Shown: piece after piece, positions 1 through 14,199 of the stretch
Layout of the letters: the number at the start of each line of letters is the position of its first letter
Position numbering within the stretch: the first letter of the stretch is position 1
Source of the DNA: the human T2T-CHM13v2.0 reference genome, Homo sapiens
Direction: 5' to 3' (one strand)
DNA length: 64,000 nucleotides
NCBI RefSeq assembly: GCF_009914755.1
Contig: NC_060927.1
The notes under the pieces: model-generated
What the model was told of the DNA's origin: nothing
Database searches by the model: none
Seen by the model: the letters and a program-made list of their open reading frames with translations, nothing else
Program-made: the position numbers and the translations under genes

Positions 1-664
1 TACTGATTTGATTTTGATAGATCTATTCATGGCTTGTCTGAGCTTTAGGTGAATTAAATTATTGCTTATCATCAGTCTTCTTTGTCTGACCCCTGAAAAA
101 TAAAAAATCAGATGTCATCAGAAAACCATTTTTTTCTTATAGAGTCTTCTACAGACAAGAAACATATTATTGTGCTGTTAGAACAATGAAGGTAGTAAAG
201 GCATTATGAATGAAATTTGAGCTAATTTTATTCATTCCTACTAAACTGGGTAACTTTAATTGTGCCAATATTTTAACAAAATGTAGTTAATAAGGATATG
301 ATTTCATGTTCACATATTCCTTGTTAATTACAGCCCTAACCATTAGGGTCTGCAATCCAGCAGTACAGACATTCTTGTACATTAGTTTGGATCCTTATAC
401 ATAAATGCTTGATTTTGTTGTGGAGTTTACTTGACACACACAAAAAAATATACAAGGTATTTTTGTCAATTAATGGGGTTTACTAATTCACTACATGTTT
501 ATGGTACTTTAAACTATACGGACTAATTTTTATGAGCTTATTTAGTGGTTCTCAGCCACCACAGCCCTCTTTTTTTCCCAAATGAAGTTACTTGATATCT
601 ACAAGTAGTAAAATCACCATAACAACTTCTGAAATCAGTCACTATTGAGGGGTGATATGAGAGT

Positions 665-775
665 TTCTAGTTAACTCAATCTTCCTGAACCTCGGTTTTC
701 TCATCTTTAATGTTCTGATGCTACTGTTTTTCAGGGTTGATGTGAACATTTATAAGTCATGATTATTATTACTGC
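665..775 (+). mobile_element. MIR fragment
   Basis: cctcggttttctcatct...tcagggttgatgtgaacatt resembles the MIR core. Confidence 0.55.
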
Positions 776-2164
776 TAATTCATTAAAAATCAGAGAAATA
801 TCACCAACAAAAACTTACTTTTCTTTCAGATCACTATCGTGTCTTTTTTCTTTAACAACATCCCAGCACTTGAATCATACCCTTGTCTCCTCCCACGATA
901 GCATTTTTCCATACATGTCTTGCTCTTCTATGTCCGGGAGCTGAAGACCTGCCCAAGGATTAGAAACCTGTGTTGGAGCCGTGCTTCTTGCTCTCTGATT
1001 ACCTAATAATTGACTGCTTACCTGGATTTTCCTCATTGCCCAGTGTTAAGTGTCTCATCAGCAGACTTTGCACACCTTTCAGACCACTTCTATGACTTCC
1101 TTAATGTCTGTTTGAGGATCCTGGCCTCAGAAATTCTGCAAATAATGCTTCCTAACCACTGGATAGAAAGTCATCTTAAGATTACCTGCTCACTCCTGGA
1201 GGGGGTAAAGTTGTCTCCATATACCTAATTAATGAATTCAGTTCTTAAATTTTTGCCACACAGGCCAGTCGGCACTCATTCCAATGAAAACTTTTAAAAC
1301 AGTCTGTCAATTCAGGACCTGCTTTTTTAAATATAATTGAAATAATTCTTCTGGATAGTGCAGAAAGTAAGACTGAATGGATGGGTCTAGTCAGATAGAC
1401 AGGCTAGGTGCTAATAAACATACTTCTGAAGAAAAATGTAGGACTAGGTGGAATTACCTCTTTAGAGGTAATAGAATGATTTCTTTTCTATTAATTTCTA
1501 TGACATGATGACATGTCAGTAGATCCTTAATGGATGAATAATTTTAGTGCCAATTTGTAATCATCCTTTCCAAAGATAACTTAAATGCATTTTCTAGCAT
1601 GCCAATAATCTGTCACAAATGCACTGCCTGGATTCTTATTTGATTTGTAAAATTCTTTTGTGATTTTAGTATGACAAGAAATAGTATAAATGCACACATA
1701 AGAAAAAAGATGACCAATTTTGAATATTATGTACCGTGATTCCCCCTTCCCCTTGCCTCATCTTGTCAAATATAACAGTTTTATTAATATTAAAACAAAA
1801 CCAAATTTTGCTGTGGCCATCTCTTTAGCCTAATTTTTGGTTCTGTTCATTTTTAGGAAATCAGTTCAATTACCTCAGACTTAATGAGGCTTTAAGAGAG
1901 TATTCAAATACTCTTCATTTAAAGATAGATGCAGATAGTTGCAACAAATTTATGGAAAAGTAGATAGTTCTTTCCAAGACTACTTTTCTAAGGTCAGAGA
2001 TCACATAACTAAAAAGCCTACTCAGGCAGGACAAGGAGATAATATAAATAAGTGAATGGTAAGTGTTAGACTATTGGGGATGGAGGTCTTTAGTGAGGTA
2101 CAGAACTCTTGCCCTGTCTCAAATAGACAAACATTCTCCCATTCCAGCAGATGTTGACAAGCAA

Positions 2165-2474
2165 TTTTTTTTCTTTTCTTTTTTTTTTTTTTTTTTGAGA
2201 AGGTGTCTCGCCCTATTGCCCAGGCTGGAGTGCAATGGTGTGATCTTGGCTCATCGCAACCTCCACCTCCCAGGTTCAAACAATTCTCCTGCCTCAGCCT
2301 CCTGAGTACCTGGGATTACGGGTGCCCCCCACAATGCCCAGCTAATTTTTGTATTTTTAGGAGAGATGGTGTTAAACCATGTTGGCCAGGCTGGTCTCGA
2401 ACTCCTGACCTCGTGATCTGCCCGCCTCAGCCTCCCAAAGGGTTGGGATTACAGGCGTGAGCCACTGCACCTGG
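2165..2474 (-). mobile_element. Alu (AluSg-like), full length
   Basis: Poly-T then both arms; ggctggtctcgaactcctgacctcgtgatc. Confidence 0.95.
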
Positions 2475-4293
2475 ATAAGAATATTTAAATGTTGGTAAAA
2501 CACAAGATATGGGAACACCCAATGTAATTTGAAGGAAACAAGTTTTCAACCTCTGGAATGTATCTAAAACATTGATTCACAAATGCTTTAGGTGTTTTGC
2601 ATACTCTTGTTTTCAGATCATGGATGGCAACATAATTGAATTAATGAAAAAAGAACAATTTTATTCACTTCATTTATTTTTGGTTATGTATGCAATGAGT
2701 ATACCCCAGCTAGGCACATATGGCCAAAACTTACACAGGGAGGTATAAATGCATATAAAAATCAAGACATTTCAGTTCTTGAGAGAAACATGGAGGAAAG
2801 CTCGCCCAGCAACAGCATGCGTTCATTTCCAGTTTGCAGTCCTTGCAGAAGCTTTGTGTTTCCAAAAATATCAGGCAAAAGAAGCAACTCCGCTTTGTAC
2901 CACTTCCTTGCTTAGGAATCAAATGTTTTTTATTGTGTTCATTTCACATGTACCAAAAATTAGTTCCAGCATTCCCAAACAGCATGATTTAGTTTGGAAA
3001 TAGTTGCATATATTTTTAAAGACTCTAAAAATAGTCTGCCGGGCATCCACGAGAAGTAATACTAAAGGTGGCAATTACCAGAAGTTGCTTGGTTGGTACT
3101 TATTTCTCAAGTTAGCTTAACAGTGTTCAATATAATTATGTAACATTATTAGGGCTGTGAAAAAAGCAATGGCTGACTATAAGAAATATCAAAGCTCTAG
3201 TTTTAACCACATACCAACTCATGCATTATGTGGCCTTTAGCTAACCATTGAACCAAACATTGAAAATAAGCTTAAGAAGCCAAACAAGGATTTGGAGTAA
3301 CAGGCTCTAAAGAATTAAATCATTTCCCTTGAAAATTGGCTTGAGTTTTGTCTTCATTGGGGTTTGTGTTTGTTAGGAACATCTAGATGCATTGGCTGAT
3401 GAGAGAAATTAAATCAGTTTGTACGTATAGAAGCCATAGAAATGACAGTGACTATCAAATAAAGGGCAGTGGGACATGAATAGATAGTGTCTGTGCTAAT
3501 TTAGCTGTCATTAATGTATAGCCTGACCAAATTTCTAGAAAGTATTGCAGTGAATTTCAATGTTTTTTTTTGGCTAAATTTTTAGGATAAAATGAAGCAC
3601 ACTGGATGAATGGTGTGGCTTGATGAAATTAAGGTAATCAGCTTATTATTTATAAGCCAATATCTCTAAGAAGCACAATAATCTTATTCAAGTTTTAGTT
3701 AGTTTATATATTATGTAAATTCCCAAGAGGAGATAATTAGTCAAAGGATACTTATTAAAAACCAATGGGTTATATACAAAAGAAATATGCAAAATGCATA
3801 TCAGAGTGTCTAAAATGCTTCACAATATTTTAAATTTATTCTAACTGGCATGTCCATCACATTATGAAAAATCTTAACACCCACTGATCAAAGGTAGCCT
3901 CATGATAAGGTAATCTGAGTTTTCTTACAGGTGATATTGTTCCAAAGGAGGTTTGTTTGTTTTTGCTTTTGTTTTAAACTCTTTTTTTATCCAAATATAA
4001 TATATATGCAGCAAAGTATACAAACCTTAAGTTAAATTTTATAAAGTGAACTTACCACCTAGAGGTCTCCCACTTGTGCACCCTCTCAAGTCATTAGCTG
4101 CCCTCAAATATAACAGTTATTTTCACATTTATAATCATGAATTTGTCTATTTCTTAATTTTAAATGGAATCATTAAATATGTGCTTTATTTTGTCTGAAT
4201 TCTTTCATTGGCTATATCTGTGAGACTTATCCATGGTGTTGCATATAAAATATTATATAGTAATAAAATGAGTGATTCATCCTATTCATTTCA

Positions 4294-4559
<266 letters not shown>

Positions 4560-6423
4560 TGAGTCAGCTCCAGTTTTTTACTCTTGTGAGTAATGTTATA
4601 TATTATTCTAGTAAATGTCTTCATATACATATATATGCATTTTTGTTGGGTTTATACTAAAGACTATTATATATTCTTGCCAGCAGAATATGAGAAATCT
4701 AGTTAGTCCATATTTGGCCAACAGTTGGTATTGTTAGTTTTAGTTTGAGTTTTATGGTAGTAGTATGTCATTGTGTTTTTAATTAGCTTCTTGGTAACTA
4801 AATATGTTGCCTCATTTTCAAATGGTTATTGTTCATATAACTATTTCTATTTTCTGGGAGACCACCTTAAATCTTTTTGCCATTTTAAAAATTGAGTTTT
4901 CTCATAATTTTTCTGGAGATGTTTATATTATCTGGATGAAAGTCTTTCATTACATATATTTAATACAAATATCTTGAACTCTATTGATTACATTTTCAAA
5001 CTTTTATGGCATCTTTAATGATTATAGCTTTTTAATTTCAGTGAAATCCAGTTTGTCAGTTTTGTCTTCCTCGTTAGCGGTTTCTCTTTTGTCTAACCAA
5101 GATAGTAAAGATGTTCTCCTTTGTTATCTTTACTGTTTACCTTTATAATTTAGTTCTATGATTCATCTGAAATATCATTACATATGTTTTAGTCTTTTTG
5201 TACTCTATATTCTGTTGCTTTGTTCTACTTGTCTGTTTGGCATCATAGTGCAAGTCAAATCTGGGGAACAATTGACATCTTTACAACCTTGAGTTTTCCA
5301 GCTCATGAACATGATATATCCCTCCAATTGCTGAAGTCTTTTAAAATTTCTCTCAATAATAGTTTGTGGTTTTCTTTCTTTTTTTTTTTTTTGCCTATCT
5401 TTCAACAAGTGTATTTGATATTTTAATGCTATCATAAATAATATTTTTTCTTAAAATTTTAATTTTCTAATTGTTTGTTATTTTAATGCTCTTTTCCAAA
5501 CTTAGGGAAATAATCTTTCTTTTTTAAAGTGGTAAGTCAGAATGTTTGATTTTTGAATGTTAAATCATCCTTGCATTACTAAAACAAATGCTACCAGGTC
5601 ATAATGCACTTGTCTTTTTATATAAATACAATTTATAAATATTTTATTTGTAAGTGTTACAAGTATATTTATAAAGGATATTTGATGATAATTTTTCTTG
5701 TAATATTTTTGATATGTTTTGATGTCAAAGTTTTGTTGCCTCATAAAAAGTTTTGGACAATTCCATTTTATTGATTCTTGCATGTGTCTGTTATAACTGA
5801 TTTCTTTTTGAAATATGTAAAACAATCTAGAGGATAACTGGGTTTGGAAAGTTTTTTTTTCTGGGAAGGATATAATATTATAATTAACTATATTTTTAAG
5901 TAGATATTGAATATTTAGATTTTCTTTTGTGACAGTTTTTTAACTTAGATTTTTAAGGACATTTTTCTACTTTACAAAATTTTTAAATGCATTGCCATAA
6001 TTCCTGTCAAAATATATTCTTATCTGTTTAATACCTGTAAGATCTTTTATGATGCCTTGCTTTTTCTTCTTAAGATGGATAATTTGTGCCTTCTCCCTCC
6101 TTCTTTTTCTTTTCATGAATAGTATTATCAGAGCTGATCAAATATATAGCCAGTAATTCCCTTTGATGAGTTTTTCTTCTGTATACTTGTCTTCATTTTT
6201 ATTCATTTTTGCTATTATTTTTATTTCCTTTTTAAAAATTTGAGTTTTTATATCATTGCCTCTTTCTAATTTATTTAAATTGAATCTAGATCGTTTATCT
6301 TTTTCTTTCATTTTTAAAAAATACATTTGCTTAAGGCAATACATTTCTCTAAGCACTGCTTTAGCTGATTCCCGCAAGTACTGTTAGGTATGTTTCCATT
6401 ATCATTCATTTCAAGATATTTTA

Positions 6424-6746
<323 letters not shown>

Positions 6747-7253
6747 TCACCATAGACTTATTGGTTATTTAGAAGGCATTGTTTAATTTCCAAGAAGCTA
6801 AGATTTTCTACTCCTTTGTTATTTCTTTCTAACTTAATTCCATTGAGTTCATGGCATATATACTGTGTGGTTTTTGGCCTCTCGAAGTGTATTGAGACTT
6901 GCTTTATGGCCTAGCATATAGGCAATTTTTGTAAACATTTCATGTGCACTTATAAAGTTATTGGGTATACTTTTCTGTATATGTCAAATTGGTCGACTCA
7001 TCTATTTTCTTGTTTTTCTTTTTCTGCTTATTCTATTATGTACAGAGGAGTTTGGTAAAATTTCTAACTTTGATTGCTGATTTGCATTTTTTGGTACCTT
7101 CAAGTTTTGCTTTATAAGTTGTGAAACCTCTCTTATTTAACCAGATATCAGGACAATATATCTGTTTTTATTTAATAACTCAACCACTACAGCTACACAA
7201 TGGCTTCCAGTAGTAGATATTCAGTGGTTATTTTTATTTCTTTATTTTTGTAG

Positions 7254-7574
<321 letters not shown>

Positions 7575-8132
7575 TGAAAAAAAATATAGCTGAATATGAG
7601 TGTGAGAATAGGTATCCCATGGCAAAGTCCAGAAAAATGTACTTGGCACAGTGTAGGTAAGAGTTGACCATTGCCAAAGAAGTTAAGATGGTTTTGCCAG
7701 ATTCTCCCATACAGAATCTTTTGTATTTCCTTAGATGTAGTAGATATTCAATAGGTACTTGTTGAAATGGTGAGAGTTATAATACATTTGTTTGTTTCTA
7801 TATCTGGGAATATATTAGCCTTCTATTTGTGCTTTCATGAACTAGATTAGTATGACTTACACATAGTAGGTGGTATGAATCTAGGCACTCACATTCACAC
7901 AATGACATCTTGTGACCTAGACTCAAAAAAGGTTCAACATCTCTAGTATTACTGGAAAACTTTAAATTCTCTGAAATGTTTCCTACTCAGCTATTTTTCA
8001 GACTTGATCCTGACAGCTTGCTCTGCCAACCTTCATTAATTGGCATGTCCATAAGCAGAACAGGAAAACGTGTGTCATTCAGTGTATTCTTAGAAACCTC
8101 CCATTATTGTCTACAGGAAACATGAAATGGAG

Positions 8133-8463
8133 CAGTGGTTCTCAACATTTTGGCCTCAGGACTCCTTTACATGCTTACATACTATTGAGATCTTCAAACT
8201 GCTTATGTTTTTGAAAGTTATATATGTCCATATTTAATTTATATGGGATTAAAACAAATTATAAAAAGATATTAATTTATTAAAAAATAAAAATTCCATT
8301 ACATGTTAAGAATACAACATTTTATGAAAAAATATTTTTCAAAGAAAAAACATTTAGAGAGAAGAGTGGCATTGTTTTATATTTTTCAAATCTCTTTACT
8401 GTCTGGCTTAATAAAACACTGCTAGATTCTCATATGTGTTTCTGCATTCAACCTGTTGTGGTA
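8133..8463 (+). mobile_element. hAT-Charlie-type DNA transposon fragment
   Basis: Starts with cagtggttctcaa TIR, then ttttggcctcaggactcctttaca...gagaagagtggcattgttttat; truncated by the adjacent L1. Exact family name uncertain. Confidence 0.7.
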
Positions 8464-8600
8464 TTTTTCCTCCAGCTTTATTGAAGTATAATTGACAAAA
8501 TTGCATGTATTTAGGGTACGCAACATAATGATTTCATATATGTAGACATTGTATAATTACCACAATCAAATTAATTAACACATTCATCACTACCCATAGT

Positions 8601-8636
<36 letters not shown>

Positions 8637-9155
8637 TAAGGACACTGTTCTCTTACCAAATTTCAAGTAAATAATAAAATATTATTAACCATAGTCACGA
8701 ATTTGTACATTAGATTCCTGGTATTTATTCATCTTATTACTGAACGTTTGTACCTTTTCATCAATACCTCTCCATTTCTTCCACCACCATATACCCCTAC
8801 CTCCCGGCAACCACCATGCTACATTCTGATTCTATTAGTTTGATTTTTTTTTTTTTTCATTTCACATAATTGAGATGATGCAGTACTTGTCTTTCTGTTT
8901 CTGGCTAATTCGATATTAGCATAGTATCCTCCAGGTTCATCCATATTGTTACAAATGGCAAGATTCCTTTATTTTGATGGCTGAATGAGAGAGTTCATTT
9001 TATAGATACCACATATTCTTTACCCATTCATCCACTGATGGACACTTGGGTTGTTTTCATATCTTGACTATCATGAAAAACTATACAATGAAGATAGGCA
9101 TGTGAATACTTCTTTGAGATAAAGATATAATTTTCTTTGGATATATACCCACAAG
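8464..9155 (-). mobile_element. L1MA (L1MA8-10-like) 3' end containing (TG)n at about 8606-8635
   Basis: ccagctttattgaagtataattgaca...tcctccaggttcatccatattgttacaaatggcaagatt...catccactgatggacacttgggttg. Confidence 0.85.
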
Positions 9156-9523
9156 AAAGTATATAAAAATTTGAATCCAGTGTCTAGAACTGTACATTAA
9201 AATATCATGAACTGTTTTGAATTAAAAAGAAAGATGTCAAATAGGAGCTTTATAAGTCCAACCATAAAATGAAGCTAAGTTCAAGTATATTTTCTGATGC
9301 AGTTTTTATAATATTCTCAGTACTTGGGACAAATCATTTAGGAAAGAAAGAGAAGAAGGGAAGTTACATTTGTAAATGTCTGGAGGTACTAGAGACTATG
9401 CTAAGGACTTTACATATGTTCTAAAAAACTCTAAATGCTCTAAGAAACTCTATAAAATGTTACTGTTCAACATATTACAATGTTGAAACTGAGGGTGGAC
9501 AATTACAATGTTGAAACTAAGGG

Positions 9524-9938
9524 TTAAGTTTTGAAGAGAAGGTGAAGGTTAAAGAAAGACAGAGAGAGAGTTGGCGGCTCTACAGCAACACAGGTCTATT
9601 GCAAGCGCAACCTGCAGAGGTGGGGAGCAGGTAAATGTCAGAGCCCACTGAGGCCTACAGACTGGGATAATTATAGGTCTGGGTGGGAGTAGTCTGGGCG
9701 GTTTGGCTTGCTGCCCGGAGGATATTGATTAGATGTTCTTATGATCAGGCAGTTTGGCCCTGTTTCCAGCGGACTGTGATAGGATGTTCCTGGGATGTTT
9801 GCCCAGCAGGATATGATAAGGAAGTCAGGTGGCTGGGCAGGATGTGTCTCACAGCCCGAACCCCTGTGAAATGTTTGACTGTGGCCAGGACCTGCAAAAT
9901 GGCTGAGGACTTACAAAATGGTGCAGCTTGGACTAACA
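9524..9938 (-). mobile_element. solo ERV1 LTR (MER61-like) inserted into an antisense MIR
   Basis: Minus strand begins TGTTAGTCCAAGCTGCACCATTTTGTAAG. GC-richer island flanked by aggg (9520-9523 and 9939-9942). MIR sequence resumes on both sides. Confidence 0.75.
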
Positions 9939-11992
9939 AGGGTTAGAATGTGTTAATATGTATAAGATCATCTAGCTTTTATGCTTAAACCAGAGGTTAA
10001 GCCCTCCTTTGCTGAATCCAAAATCTAGAATTATTTTACTCTCCATCCTCCTCTTCCCAAAACTCCCATCTCCACCCACCCACTCCCCACTGCCAAACTT
10101 TTGCTGAAAGTCTGCTCTTCTGGTATCATGGATAATTCATTAGGTTCAGTAGACTAGGTCCTGGCCTGATAGGAATAATGTATATCAGAAATATACCATT
10201 GTCAATGCAGCTTATTTCTGGTCTAGCAAGAAACCTCTTTTTTCTTTCTTCATGTATACAATAGAGATGAAGCACGTAAATAACTTATTCAAATACCAAA
10301 ATGTGTAACATGCTTCAAAACACGTTTTATCTCTATTGTTTTAGAACTTATAATTTTCGTTTTTGTTTTCATACTATCATTACTTCCAAAGGCCAGCCAT
10401 CTCTACAGATTGATTTCGATGTATTTCATAAGTTTGGGTGGGTTAAAAGTTAGTTGTCTCATGATTTTTGTAACCTGACATGTCAAGACAAGTTGATTTA
10501 ATTGAGATGATTTCAGTGTTTGGTGCTGAAATGAGTCTGCCCAGGAAGGAAGGTAGTCTGGGCTAACAACTGAAAAATAACATGTAAGTTCTTACTAGTT
10601 TTAAATATTGTTCTGACATAATCATTATAATTTATTGTTCTGGCATAATCTTAACCTGTTTGCATTGTCGCAGAGAGATGACATCTAAAAATTATTTTAA
10701 AAATATATCTTCCCCATTATATAAAATTACCATTACATTTTAGTCAGTCTTGCAGAAGAACTCAAGATTCAGTTTGCTGTATTAGAAAATAAACTAAAAT
10801 AAGTATATAACATCTTAAAATTAGGTTTTCAATATAGTCTTAAAGGTATATTTACTTAGTAAAAAATATTTCCTGAACATTGATTGTGGTTACCATTTAC
10901 TAAGTGCTAGACTTCTATAGTTGAATTTTCAGGATGTGTTAAAAAGGGTAAGACTACTACCTGTCTTTTAAAACGCTTAATTTTTTAAGATTACTGAAAG
11001 AGATTAATAATCTTTGTGTTAATGACAAGAAAAGGGAATCTTTGTTAGTGTTTAATATGCTTATTTTGAAGTGTGGTAAAGTAAATATGCTTATTTTGAA
11101 GTGTGATAAAGGCTAGTCATTTCTATTACAATCTTATCAAAATGGAAAAACTTTCTCCCAATTATTTATTCAGTTATCTATTCACTTACTTGAAAAAAAT
11201 AGAAATAATGACTCTTTTTATCAAAAGTTTCTGTGTATTGACCACCCAAGTTTGAAGACTCGTATTGTCTTACTGATTGGATTAATTTGTCCATTCCGTG
11301 AGTCTGCTTTTAGATACCCTATTGTGTTCTTCTCTCTTGAAATCCAAATATGCACTCACTGTTAACCAGAGATGAAATTATCTCCTGCACAAATGTGTGC
11401 AAGAGTGAAAGATGTAGAGTTATAATACTGGATTTTTTTTCTGGCACAGGTAATAGTAGATGTGTTGACAGTTTGTTATATTTCTGTGTGCTCTGGTTTT
11501 TAAATCAAGCTTATCTTACTGTCACGTGGAACATAAATTGATATAAATACCAAATCAATTAAAGTATTTGTTGAGTATCAGCTTTTTGCCTGGGACTTAA
11601 GTAGAGGGCACTGAGCCCATCAGCATGCCTTCTATTACTTGTAGAGCAGGCAGATATGTACCATATTTTCGTTGATCAGAAGAGGAGAGACTATTACGTT
11701 CTCTGGCAGATAATCCATTTCTGAACTGATTTTTAAACAGAATGTATAAAGAATCTGTTTTCTTCTTCTTTGTTCAGATGGTTCCCAAACTGTGAAATTC
11801 ATTCTATTGTATTTTTTACATTGCTACATTAATTTCCCTGAGCATCATTTTCTCATGAGCATAAAGATTTATTTCCACCTACCTCTTACTATCTAACTTT
11901 TATTTTACCCAGATACAGTGCTTTCTAACACTCATCATTTTTATTGCTTTTGGAAAGCATCTCAGATTGGGAAACTAGCTGCTTTTTCTAAA

Positions 11993-12200
11993 TAGCACGG
12001 TATAGTGGAAATCTGAGATTCAGTGTAGAATAGTAGAAAACTGACTTATTTAATCTAGGACGTTCAACATCTTGATTGCATTATCTAGCCTTCAATTTCC
12101 TTATCTGTAAAGTGGCAACCATAGTAGTTATATCAAGAGTTTTTTGTGATGATTAAGCATAATAGTAGACATTTAATATAAAATTTGTAGTTACTATGTT
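11993..12200 (+). mobile_element. MIR
   Basis: ccttcaatttccttatctgtaaagtgg...ttgtgatgattaa. Confidence 0.6.
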
Positions 12201-14199
12201 ATTTTAGAAGGTAAGAAGTAGTTGAACAAGAAACCATTGTTTCATTGGCATGCCATTAGTGGCTCTGTTGCAAGGGAAGGCTACGGGATGCTGCCTTTCC
12301 CTCTCAACCATTTAATTCCTTGCTGCTATGTTTATTACAGTTTATCATGTGTTTTAATCTTAATATTTTCAAAGCAAAATTATGAGATTAAAAGGTAATT
12401 TCATCCTATGTAATCTTTAAATTTATCACACATATATAGTACATGATTAGCAGAATTTTACTACATTGGATACCAATTCAAATAACAACCTAATGAAATG
12501 TTTGACTTTTTAATACTATATTAGAAATATCACCCGGTATAGTATGAGTATCTGCATATGTTATTGTAAATACACATAAGAAAATGTTAATAGGCATTAA
12601 TAAATGTGCTGATTTTTTCCATGTGTACTTCTAGTTCATCGTTCTTTAGATGTTTTCGTTCCCCATTCATTTACAGTATACTCTTGGCATTCAACCTGGT
12701 GTTAGGAATACTACATGCCTGGCTTCCTCCAATTCTGACATCACTGTTGCTCTGTGGCTCATACAGTAGCAGGTGTTGAACATTGATATAAACAGAATTT
12801 TGTCTACTAAAGCCAAAATTCTCCCATTTCTAATCTCCATTGGCCAATGGAACATTAATGCCAAAGTTACTTCCAAATTCAAGTCTTAGGCATGACAGTT
12901 CATTATGCTGCCTGCCAAAACTACTGGCCCGTGGAAACCCTTATTTTAAAAAGTAAAGCACAGTAAAACACTCTGTCAAATAAATACCGTGTGATTTTAG
13001 GTTATACCCTTCAATTTTTGCAAATTTCTCTGAAATTAGTAAACTTAGATTATATTGCAGTTAATTCTTTAATAGAATTTCTCATTTAATACAGCAAACT
13101 ACCTAATTATAGCAGAGTGGTTCACCATAAATCCTGAAACATTTATTGTGGGGAAAAAATGTATAATAAACTGTTGACATTCTCAATAAAATCTATTTAT
13201 TTTAACATTCTAAATGATTTGAAATGATTAATAAATAGAACCCTTTGACTAAACCATTTGTAGCTGTAAGACTGTGTCAAAGAAGGCTGATTTAAAACAA
13301 TTTAAAAATTACATAATTGTAGAACTATGAACTCATATGATCTCCTGAAATCATTTTCTTAAACAAGAGAAGCATGTACATTAAACTTGATAAATTTAAA
13401 ATAAAATTTTAAACGGCATCAGAATTTAAAAGTAATCTTAGGAAGACTACAATTTAAGAGTTATTTTTAAACTTATGATTAACTATTTGAAATATTGCCA
13501 CTGTTTATGAAGAAATCATATTTTCTAGAGACCAGTATTTCTACAATCATGTGTATCCAAAAACTTTGTTATCATCTTTTAGTATGCATTTTTTATTGAT
13601 ATACTTGTATTTTCTAGGTTTCTATAAAGGTGTGCTCATATTCCCTTGAATCCAGTCAACAACCAGAGTGTAGGAGATTTGAATAATCTAATCTCTAATT
13701 GGTGAGATAATGTGCCAAATGGTATCACCTCAATCAATTTTGAACAAGTATCTATTCTATTATGAAAGTCTGTGGAAGAAACAGCTTAGGCCATAATTCT
13801 TAACTACTTTTCCAGAGTTTTCCCCCTTGGATATTGTGGGAGTAGCAATCAATATCTACAAAGAAATCATGTCTAAGGTGTTATAGTGCATTTCCATTTT
13901 GAGTAATTTGTTAATAGATATTCTGAAAAACGCATATATGCTGAATACATTATAACATAACTACTTTGAAGGACTACTATCCTGAGGTGACAGAATCATA
14001 AGAGAAATTCCCAAGGAAAAAAAAAAAGTACTATGGCAGATGATGAAACCAGAAACCTAGAAATTAGAAAATTTATGTAAGCTAGCACGGAGTGCAATGA
14101 AAGAGCTGTGATTCAAAGAATACATTTTAAAAAATTCTTAAATTAAAATCATTAAATCAGCAGTTCATAGTTCTCCCATAATGAGAATATCAAGTACAG

